Assembly: GCA_965224245.1 (NCBI GenBank)
Contig: CBDCYW010000026.1
Location: 1 to 12,327, forward strand
Direction: 5' to 3'
Length of the DNA: 12,327 nt
Origin: Candidatus Eiseniibacteriota bacterium
GTDB lineage: Bacteria; Eisenbacteria; RBG-16-71-46; CAZAMP01
Part shown: in pieces, positions 1 through 7,285 of the stretch
Layout: each line of letters begins with the position of its first letter
Position numbering within the stretch: the stretch's first letter is position 1
Translations under genes and position numbers: made by a program
The notes under the pieces: model-generated
Databases searched by the model: none
What the model was told of the DNA's origin: nothing
The model's input: only the letters and a program-made list of their open reading frames with translations

Positions 1-51
1 CTTGATGTCCATCCAGCGCTCCATCTCGGGGGTGTTGAGTGCTGGGGACAT
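1..51 (-). CDS. 5' end of a leftward gene, possibly an excisionase-like HTH protein (partial)
   Basis: The minus strand from ATG at 51 reads MSPALNTPEMERWMDIK and runs off the window. ERWMDIK resembles the RW-x-x-x-E/K start of HTH_17/Xis-like proteins. An alternative in-frame ATG lies at 108. Only 17 codons are visible. Confidence 0.4.
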   Translation of the reverse strand, partial: MSPALNTPEMERWMDIK

Positions 52-183
52 GGACGCTCTGAACCCGAAGTAAGTCCAGAGTGAACAGAGATTGTCGATC
101 CGAGTCATGCAATCGACCTATAATCCTCGATGATGTGCTTCGACACGGCAACTGAGTCTGGAGACCGCGCCAGCGGAGCCCGG

Positions 184-206
184 GTCCCCTACCGGGATAA
201 GGGGAC
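184..206. repeat. Inverted repeat GTCCCCT-N9-AGGGGAC in the divergent intergenic region
   Basis: GTCCCCT at 184-190 and AGGGGAC at 200-206 are exact reverse complements. Confidence 0.7.
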
Positions 207-229
207 ACGTTCTCGGAATCGCGGGACAG
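197..229 (-). promoter_or_regulatory. Bipartite motif copy 1 (CTGTCCC-N16-GTCCCCTTAT), putative element-specific promoter facing left
   Basis: The reverse complement of 197-229 is CTGTCCCGCGATTCCGAGAACGTGTCCCCTTAT. It has the same two boxes and the same spacing as 3997-4029. Confidence 0.6.
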
Positions 230-239
230 GGAGCGTACG

Positions 240-1023
240 ATGGGACACACGCTTCTTGGAAAGCTACCTCGCACGAGAGCATGGCTGAGTATCATCGGGG
301 CGATCGCCGGGGTTCCCCCGTCGAAGGAGATCGCAGCCGCTACACTTGACGCGACGATCAAAGACTCTTGAGCTGGCGAAGTCAGATGCTGGCTTTCAGT
401 CCATGTTGTGGCTTCTCATACAGCTACCCATCGCGGCACGAAGCGGACGATTCCAGGAGGCGGCCGGCGACCTGGGGATCTCCGTCCCGAAGTCTCCCTT
501 ACTCCCCGACCTCCTCGCTGCAGTGATGTCGCACGTCGAGGATGCTCGCTTCCGTGGGGGACAACCGTCACTGACCTCGGGGAACTCGCACAGCGATCCG
601 GGGTGCGGACGCTCGTGGAGGCGGTTCGAACCTCTGGACCGGACCTATTCCCATCTTCTCCCGGGGCAGCCGTCTCCGCACTCGCGGAGCAGGCGACGCC
701 CCCGGCACTTCGGCGCCCTCATGCGGGAGTTTCTGGCCGACTTCACGGCGCGATTCATAACCTACCACCTGGATCGGCGGCTTCAGGGCCACGTCGGTCC
801 CGCACGTCGTTTCGCCAACTTGGGAGCGCGCCGCCAGTTCCAGCATGAGTTCCATCGGCACTGCAATGAGGCTGCTGCAATCACGCAAACGTTTGCGGAG
901 GAGTGGTACGGCAAGCAGCTCCGCCTCGGATCGGTCAGTCCCCGAGGTGCTGGTGCCTTCGGGTTCGTCGCGCTGAAGAAGCTCCAAGGAGAGATAGTCC
1001 GGGGGGCGCGCAGTCATGAGTAG
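240..1023 (+). CDS. QueC-associated hypothetical protein (QatB-position partner), ~260 aa after frame repair, N-terminus MGH
   Basis: ATG at 240 follows GGGAG and reads MGHTLLGKLPRTRAWLSIIGAIAG...IAAATLDATIK. It joins TLELAKSDAGFQSMLWLLIQLPIAARS (+1 at ~361), then TDLGELAQRSGVRTLVEAV...LAEQATP (-1 at ~556-560), then RHFGALMREFLADF...VALKKLQGEIVRGARSHE* (+1 at ~699-703). The repaired length of 783 nt is divisible by 3. The stop overlaps the next ATG. Confidence 0.7.
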
Positions 1024-2944
1024 AGCTCCGAACGCACAAGCTGTGGTGTGGCCACCCAAACGGACGAGGTCGACGAAGGGGGTTGGATCTCGCGACGCAC
1101 GGCCCCGAACAGAATGTTGTTCTGCAGTTCAAGAACATCACTGAGAAACTCGCCGCGAATGCCGATGCTCGACTACTGGACCTACTTGAGATCGCCGCGT
1201 ACGTCTAAGCCGCCGATTCGGCGGGTGCCTCGCGGGGGGGACACTCAGCGGGGGGGCGGATCGAACTGGCGACGAGATTTGGCATTCACAATTCCCGTGC
1301 GAGATCACACGTTCTGGAGTTCGGATGACATCGCAACCGCACTGCAAGACCTGCAGCGGTTCCTGAGCGAGGATCGAGTTCAGTTCGATTTCGTCCCCGC
1401 GCAGCAGCTGCCAGCTATGGAAACGTACTTCAATTTCCCGGGCCAGCCACCGGCCGGTGTCGGTGTCGAGCGTGTTCTACTATTCTCGGGAGGGCTGGAC
1501 TCGCTCGCGGGGGCAATCGAGAGCTGCCAATCCTGTGCGAGCGGCGTCGCGCTCGTGAGCCATCGCGCAGCCTCAAAAGTCTACTCGCGTCAGGCAGGGC
1601 TGGCGGCTGAGCTGAAGGAACGATTCGCTCAGGACGTCCGACACATTCCCCGTCTGGGCGCACCTGACCGCGGGGGGCGGAGGCGAGAGAACGCAGCGAA
1701 CCCGCACGTTTCCTCTTCACCGCACTCGGGTTTGTCGTCGCTAAGCTCTTTTGGTTGCTCAGAGCTGTACATCCACGAGAATGGGGTGACGAGTCTGAAC
1801 CCGCCAATGGACGAGGATGTCGTTGGAACACGGGCGACTTCGATCCACCCATCCGCGCTCGCTGATGCTTCTCCAGGCAGTGTTTTCCAATGTTGCGGGT
1901 CAGGAGTTCAAGGTTCTCAATCCGTTTATCTGGCGCACGAAAGGCGACGTGATCCAGTCAATCCGAGACGCGGGCTTCGCCAATCTCATAGCAACATCCG
2001 TGAGCTGCTCGAACACGTTCGAGGCCAAGGTGGAACAACCTCACTGTGGTACGTGGCTCTCAGTGTGTCGATCGGCGGATTGCGGCCTTGGCAGTTGGGT
2101 GCGGAAATGATGAAGATCCCGCATCAGGCTATCGCAAGGACATGTGGCTCGACGTAGTTGAGGGCAACAAGAGGCGAATGATCCTGGACTTCATCGATCG
2201 GGCACATCGGCTCGGTGAGGAGGCCGACGGTGGGCTTGTCGCGGACCCCTCTGTCCTCCAAGCGCATGAGCCACTGAAGTCGCTGGGGTGCTCCCGAGTC
2301 CACGAGAGAACGGCCAACCTCTTCCAGAGACACGGAGAGGAGGTCGGCAAGGCAGTTGAGATCGTCGTTGCCGACGCTGTCCCGACGCTCACCAGTGGAG
2401 AAAGTACCCGTCGGTACAGTCCTTGGCGTGCTGCTGCTGACACGCACGGTTGTTGGGAGTGACATCATCAGCGATGAGCCAGACGTCGCGCTTGTCCTGG
2501 AGCCCGTGACGGACGCCACGCGGTGCTTTGCGTCCGTGGGAGTGGTCCGAGGATCCGCGGAATTCCATGATGTGCAGTTCGATGTGGGAAGCGCACAGCT
2601 CAGCATACTTCTACCCTTGTTCAGGACGACGACGACGCTATCTGAGAAATGTTGGGCGGCAGTACAGGTCAGTCAAGTTGCATCGGAACTCGAGGATTGG
2701 AGTAGCAGAGGGTGGGTGCAGCTCGGCGGCGCAGACGCTCAAAACCCCGAGTATCGAGTGAGTCGGTATTGGAACACGCTCCACGAGCAGCTCAAGAAGA
2801 AGGCAGCGGACATCGAGAGACTGCCTGTACGAACAGGGCCACAGTAGGGATCGATGGCTATGCATCAAACTCCCCCCGGAGAGGATCCAGTGCCCGTCAA
2901 AGACGGCGGAGTTCTTCGTTGGCCTTATCGTGAGAGGGCGCTGA
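1016..2944 (+). CDS. Long-form QueC-family (7-cyano-7-deazaguanine synthase-like, QatC-like) PP-loop protein with C-terminal extension, ~639 aa after repair; frameshifted in this sequence
   Basis: The repaired reading contains LLDLLEIAAYV(TAA at 1206-1208)AADS, NWRRDLAFTIPVRD, the PP-loop LLFSGGLDSLAG, VALVSH, ERTQRTRTFLF, HENGVTSLN, TRSTHP, NPFIWRTKGDVI and the Zn site SCSNTFEAKVEQPHCGTCSQCVDRR. Nine +1 indels lie at about 1031, 1223, 1651, 1712, 1752, 1840, 2055, 2401 and 2802. The end is uncertain: TAG at 2845-2847 without the last shift, TGA at 2942-2944 with it. Confidence 0.85.
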
Positions 2945-2957
2945 TGCCTATTAAACG

Positions 2958-3039
2958 TTTCATAACCCTTGGCGATCATAGGTGCCTCGACAGCAACACG
3001 ATACAACCTCTCGAACATCTTTTCATACCCTTCTATGAA
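2958..3039. promoter_or_regulatory. Operator-like TCATA repeat cluster upstream of the sigma-like gene
   Basis: TTTCATAACCCTT at 2958-2970 and TTTCATACCCTT at 3021-3032, an extra TCATA at 2976-2980, and the palindrome TTCATA-N6-TATGAA at 3022-3039, all in AT-richer intergenic DNA. Confidence 0.5.
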
Positions 3040-3061
3040 CCCGCCGGTTTCCCCAACACTA

Positions 3062-3089
3062 GCGACCGTCCAATCGGACAACCGGTCGC
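3062..3089 (+). other. GC-rich stem-loop in the leader of the sigma-like gene
   Basis: GCGACCG at 3062-3068 pairs with CGGTCGC at 3083-3089. Inner GTCC (3068-3071) pairs with GGAC (3076-3079) around an AATC loop. No U-tract follows. Confidence 0.4.
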
Positions 3090-3128
3090 GATCGGATCGA
3101 CATTCCTTCAGCTTTGGAGGTGGGCACG

Positions 3129-3954
3129 ATGCGACATGCATCGATCCCAGGGGGGCGGCGTATGCCCCCGTCATGTGGCCGATCGACGTGTGTTGTGGCA
3201 GACCCAGCAGCCAGAACGCGCGATTGGGTGTGTCGAGAGGTTCGGCGCGGGAACCTATGATGCCTTGCTGGGCTCGCTGCGGATCGGGGAGACATACGAG
3301 TGCTGGTTGCGATATCAGCACTCACGTGCAGCAGACACCGCATCGGGACCCCAGCGTGGATGAGATCTATGCAGCGATCATCCGCGCGTCACAGTCTGCG
3401 GGCGATGATCGATGGCGCGTGCTGTCGTTGTACGTTGGGATCGGACTTCTTGAGTCGTTGTTCCGGAAGAAGCGACCATTGGGACGATGATCCCGATGAC
3501 CTGTGGCAGGAAATGATCCTGCAGTACTACGCGGTCATTGATCGTTTCAATCTGTCTCGGTGCCGACACCGCCTTGCGCTGCGAATCTACCTCGACGTGA
3601 TCCATCGGGCACATCGCCGATACCTGCGGGTATGGGGGAAGGTCGACCCAGGAGGTCCTGGTCGATCCCTCCCAGTTTGAGGCGGGGCTCGGCGCTGCGG
3701 AGGACCCCGCCTTCCTTCGCTTCAAGCTGAGTCGGAACCGGCAGCACGCCATGGGCGAGCTTCTGGATCTTCACCGCTTTAATGTGATCGGTCGGGCCGA
3801 GTTCTTCATCTTGCTCGGGACCCGCGTGGATCGGATGTCGCTCAGGGATTTCTGCCGGGGAACCCCCATGACGTACGAGGCAGTCAAGAAGCGGCGTCAA
3901 CGGGCTGAAGCGCGGGTCGCGGCCTTCCTGCGTCGTACGGCAAGCGGGTCATAG
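3129..3954 (+). CDS. Sigma-70-like (region 2 plus region 4 HTH) transcriptional regulator, ~273 aa after repair; frameshifted in this sequence
   Basis: RBS GGAGGT at 3116-3121, ATG at 3129 (MRHASIPGGRRMPP...). Four +1 shifts (~3250, ~3307, ~3477, ~3639) join TYDALLGSL, RDPSVDEIYAAII...DDRWR...LESLFRKKR, HWDDDPDDLWQEMILQYYAVIDRFNLSR (region 2-like) and AEFFILLGTRVDRMSLRDFCRGTPMTYEAVKKRRQRAEARV (region 4-like HTH). The repaired 822 nt is divisible by 3. Confidence 0.7.
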
Positions 3955-3996
3955 AGCATTAGGTTGGGCCGACGTCGGAAGAATCGGCGACAGAAG

Positions 3997-4029
3997 CTGT
4001 CCCCGAATCTCCCGACGCGGTCCCCTATT
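3997..4029 (+). promoter_or_regulatory. Bipartite motif copy 2 (CTGTCCC-N16-GTCCCCTATT), putative promoter of the replication operon
   Basis: CTGTCCCCGAATCTCCCGACGCGGTCCCCTATT lies between the sigma-like gene and the RBS AAGGAGG (4054-4060) of ORF 4067. It matches 197-229 on the minus strand. Confidence 0.6.
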
Positions 4030-4066
4030 GATCTATAGGAAGCTCTAACTGAAAAGGAGGTCCGAC

Positions 4067-4327
4067 ATGCAGGGTGAGAAAGGGCTGGCGTTGATCGACG
4101 GTCTGCTCAAGGAGACAGCGCTGTTAGTCGGCGGCCTGGCGGCGGCGGACTGCGCGAATACCGTCTTCGTCGAGGGGCTGATGGAGGGGCTGGAGATAAT
4201 TCGGCATCGGGCGATACGGCGCCTGGGGGAGAACGATCTGGACGGACGGAAGGCAGATCTGAGCCGGAGCGGGGCCGAGCCTCATCCTGCCATCGAGGAG
4301 TTTCTCATGTCGCTGGAGAGAGCATGA
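4067..4327 (+). CDS. Hypothetical protein, 86 aa, first gene of the replication operon
   Basis: Strong RBS AAGGAGGT ending 5 nt before the ATG. The stop overlaps the next start (ATGA at 4324-4327). No motif recognised. Confidence 0.75.
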   Translation: MQGEKGLALIDGLLKETALLVGGLAAADCANTVFVEGLMEGLEIIRHRAIRRLGENDLDGRKADLSRSGAEPHPAIEEFLMSLERA

Positions 4328-5121
4328 GAGCCGCGTCGGCCAGGCTAATCGACCAGATATCTGCCGGGCCCAGTCCCGCACCCAGGCGCGTGACGGTGTA
4401 CGGCACACAGGGCGTCGGCAAGTCGACGTTTGCAGCCGGCTCTCGGAAGCCCGTGTTCCTGCAGACGGAGGACGGGCTGGGCGAGATTGACTGCCACAAG
4501 TTTCCCCTGGCGTCGTCATTCGAGGAGGCGATGCGGGCGGTGCGGGAGCTGTACATGGAGGATCACTCCTTCGAGACGATTGTCGTCGACTCCCTCGACT
4601 GGCTGGAGCGGTTAATCTGGGCGAATGTGTGCGTCGAGCGGAGTGTGAAAAGCATCGAAGACATCGGGTACGCCAAGGGCTACGTCTTCGCGCTCGCGCA
4701 ATGGCGAAGCTTCCTGGACGGCCTCACCGCACTCCGCGGCGATCGAGGGATGACGATCGTCCTGATCGCGCACGCCCGGATCGAGCGCTTCGAGAACCCC
4801 GAGACCGACACCTACGACCGCTACGTGCCCCGGCTCCATCGGCTGGCCTCCCAGCTGATCCAGGAGTGGTGCGACGAGGTGTTCTTCGCCACCTACAAGA
4901 TCTTCACGAAGCAGACGGACGAGGGCTTCAACCGGAAGCGGACCCACGGCATCGGCACCGGCGAGCGGATCCTCCGCACGACCGAGCGCCCGGCGCACGT
5001 GGCGAAGAACCGGCTGAACCTTCCCGAGGAGTTGCCGCTGGAGTGGTCGGCCTATGCCCGGTACCTGACCGAGCCGACCGCGACAGGGCAGGTGGACGTC
5101 CCGAAACAAGGAGCGCACTGA
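4324..5121 (+). CDS. Phage AAA_24-family ATP-binding protein (Sak4-like)
   Basis: Walker A YGTQGVGKSTFA, FLQTEDG, Walker B IVVDSLDWLE, IGYAKGY, LIAH, EWCDEVFF and C-terminal AKNR. Confidence 0.9.
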   Translation: MRAASARLIDQISAGPSPAPRRVTVYGTQGVGKSTFAAGSRKPVFLQTEDGLGEIDCHKFPLASSFEEAMRAVRELYMEDHSFETIVVDSLDWLERLIWANVCVERSVKSIEDIGYAKGYVFALAQWRSFLDGLTALRGDRGMTIVLIAHARIERFENPETDTYDRYVPRLHRLASQLIQEWCDEVFFATYKIFTKQTDEGFNRKRTHGIGTGERILRTTERPAHVAKNRLNLPEELPLEWSAYARYLTEPTATGQVDVPKQGAH

Positions 5122-5123
5122 CC

Positions 5124-5579
5124 ATGGCGGATCTGAACGGTTTCAACGCGAACGAGGTCGAGCCCACGTCGGACTTCGAACCTCTGCCGGCCGGCAAGTA
5201 CGTGACCGCTATCACGGACTCGGAGATGAAGGCCACGAAGGCAGGAACCGGCCACTACCTGGAGCTCACGTTCCAGGTGCTCGAAGGTCCCTGCAAGAAC
5301 CGGCTCCTCTGGTCCCGACTCAATCTGGACAATCCGAATGCCCAGGCGGTGCAGATCGCCCACGGGGAGCTGTCCGCGATCTGCCGGGCGGTGGGCGTGA
5401 TGCAACCGAAGGACTCGTCCGAGCTACACGACCGTCCTCTCGTGGTGACCGTCAAGTGCAAGCGACGCGACGACACCGGCGACATCATGAACGAGGTCAA
5501 GGGGTACGCGCGACGCGACGTCGCGGTGAACGCTGGCGCGGGTGCAATGAGCGACGAGGCGCCCTGGAAGCGGCCGTGA
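5124..5579 (+). CDS. DUF669-family phage protein (putative ssDNA-binding protein), 151 aa
   Basis: The likely start is ATG at 5124 after AAGGAG, not 4629. It reads MADLNGFNANEVEPTSDFEPLPAGKY...LELTFQVLEG...LWSRLNLDNPN...NEVKGY...APWKRP. Its position after AAA_24 is typical. Confidence 0.85.
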   Translation: MADLNGFNANEVEPTSDFEPLPAGKYVTAITDSEMKATKAGTGHYLELTFQVLEGPCKNRLLWSRLNLDNPNAQAVQIAHGELSAICRAVGVMQPKDSSELHDRPLVVTVKCKRRDDTGDIMNEVKGYARRDVAVNAGAGAMSDEAPWKRP

Positions 5580-7285
5580 TCGAGCTTCGTGCGTATCAGG
5601 AAGACGCGGTCGAGGCGATCTACGACCACCTCCGGCATCGCGATGACAATCCGTGTGTGGTGATCCCGACGGGCGCGGGAAAAACTCCGGTGATGGCCAC
5701 CGTGTGCCGGGATGCCGTGGGGCGCTGGAAGGGTCGTGTGCTGATCCTCGCCCACGTGCGAGAGCTGCTCGAGCAAGCGGTGGAGAAGCTCCGGCTCGTG
5801 GCGCCGGAGATGCGGGCGAAGATCGGCGTCTACTCCGCGGGCCTACGAAGGCGCGATACGGGCGAGCCGATCATCGTCGCCGGCATCCAGTCGGTGTATC
5901 GGCGCGCCTGCGAGCTCGACGCGTTCGATCTCGTCATCATCGACGAGGCGCACATGATCCCGGCCGAGGGAGATGGCCGATACCGCACCTTCCTGGCCGA
6001 GGCGCGGGCGGTCAATCCGAACCTGCGTGTGGTCGGGCTCACAGCCACGCCGTTCCGCCTGAAGAGCGGCATGATCTGTGGCCCCGAGCACGTGCTCAAC
6101 CACATCTGCTACGACGTCGGGGTCAAGGAGCTGATCGAGCGCGGGTATCTCTCACCCCTCGTTACCCGTGCCGGGTGTGAGGTGATCGATACGTCCGCTC
6201 TCCGGGTCCGGGCCGGTGAGTTCGTAGCCGGTGAGACCGAGCGCCTGATGGACACCGACGAGCGCGTCATCTCGGCCTGCCAGGAGATCGTGACCGAGAC
6301 GCGCCTCCGGCGCTCGGTCCTCGTATTCGCCAGCGGTGTGGCACATGCTGATCACGTCGCGGAGGTGTTGAGGCGGACCTCCGGCGAGGACGTCGGCGTC
6401 GTGGTAGGCGAGACCCCCGGCGAGGAGCGAGGTCGCCTCCTCACCGCATTCAAGGCGGGCACGCTGAGATACCTGGTCAACGTCAACGTGCTGACCACCG
6501 GGTTCGACGCGCCCAACATCGATTGCGTGGCGATCGTCCGACCGACCCTCTCACCGGGACTCTACTACCAGATGGTGGGGCGGGGCTTCCGGCTTCATGC
6601 GGGCAAGGAGAACTGCCTCGTCCTGGACTTCGGTGGCAACGTGGCGCGCCACGGACCGGTGGACGCGATCCGTATCGAGGAGAAGACCCGTCGCGCGGGC
6701 CACGAGGCACCGCTGAAACAGTGTCCGGAGTGTGAGCGGGAGGTCGCGGCGGGATGCGGGACTTGTCCGAACTGCGGTCACGCGTTTCCGCCGCCGAGCC
6801 GTCGCGAGCACGATGCGACCGCGACGTCCGAGGACATCATCTCCGGCCACGTCACCATCATGCGGCACCTCGTCCAACGCACCTGCTACGCCGAGCACCA
6901 GAAGCGGGGAGCGCCCGAGGACGCGCCTCGGACACTGCGGGTGGACTATCAAGTCGGGCTCACGGAGATCCACTCCGAGTGGATCTGCTTTGAGCACGAC
7001 GGATACGTACGCGCGCGGGCGGAACGGTGGTGGCGCCGCCGATCACATGCCCCGGTCCCGAGCTTTGCGGCCGAGGCCGAGGTGCTCGCGCGCGCCGGGG
7101 CGCTCTGCGAGACCACCGCCATCAAGGTGCGCCATACCGCGGGCGAGGCGTTCGACACGATCCTAGGTTACGCACTGGGGCCGAAGCCCACATGGCGGGA
7201 GCCCGGCTGGGATCACGACGATGGGACCGATGCCGCGCTCGTGGGGGCGCTCGGCGCGGGTGGCGACCATGACGTGCCATTCTGA
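5576..7285 (+). CDS. SF2 DEAD/DEAH-box helicase (RadD/YejH-like phage helicase) with Zn finger
   Basis: GTG start in a GTGA overlap. Motifs: Q motif LRAYQ, PTGAGKT, DEAH, GLTATPFR, VLTTGFDAP, QMVGRGFR, and CPEC...CPNCG. Confidence 0.92.
   Translation: MIELRAYQEDAVEAIYDHLRHRDDNPCVVIPTGAGKTPVMATVCRDAVGRWKGRVLILAHVRELLEQAVEKLRLVAPEMRAKIGVYSAGLRRRDTGEPIIVAGIQSVYRRACELDAFDLVIIDEAHMIPAEGDGRYRTFLAEARAVNPNLRVVGLTATPFRLKSGMICGPEHVLNHICYDVGVKELIERGYLSPLVTRAGCEVIDTSALRVRAGEFVAGETERLMDTDERVISACQEIVTETRLRRSVLVFASGVAHADHVAEVLRRTSGEDVGVVVGETPGEERGRLLTAFKAGTLRYLVNVNVLTTGFDAPNIDCVAIVRPTLSPGLYYQMVGRGFRLHAGKENCLVLDFGGNVARHGPVDAIRIEEKTRRAGHEAPLKQCPECEREVAAGCGTCPNCGHAFPPPSRREHDATATSEDIISGHVTIMRHLVQRTCYAEHQKRGAPEDAPRTLRVDYQVGLTEIHSEWICFEHDGYVRARAERWWRRRSHAPVPSFAAEAEVLARAGALCETTAIKVRHTAGEAFDTILGYALGPKPTWREPGWDHDDGTDAALVGALGAGGDHDVPF

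Noticed and set aside
1016-2944. Canonical queC for queuosine synthesis or a dpd-type 7-deazaguanine DNA-modification cluster
   Set aside because: The protein is far longer than canonical QueC, with N- and C-terminal extensions, and no folE, queD, queE, tgt or dpdA is present in the window.
240-2944. Complete QatABCD or type IV CBASS system
   Set aside because: No KAP-family ATPase, TatD nuclease, CD-NTase or effector gene flanks the pair. The upstream gene is divergent and the downstream gene is sigma-like.
346-3954. ORF-track calls 346, 408, 1048, 1817, 2046, 2356, 2854, 2969, 3300 and 3751 as separate proteins
   Set aside because: Each is a chimera of real and out-of-frame sequence. They merge into three genes after single-base repairs.
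240-3954. Programmed frameshifting or phase variation
   Set aside because: There are too many sites, most in 2-4 nt runs without slippery heptamers. A base-calling artefact is more parsimonious.
3969-3978. Perfect palindrome CCGACGTCGG after the sigma-like gene as a terminator
   Set aside because: It is short, has no loop or U-tract, and is plausible by chance in GC-rich DNA.
4629-5575. Upstream extensions of DUF669 (from 4629) and of the helicase (from 5456)
   Set aside because: They overlap well-supported genes in other frames. The RBS and GTGA overlap support starts at 5124 and 5576.
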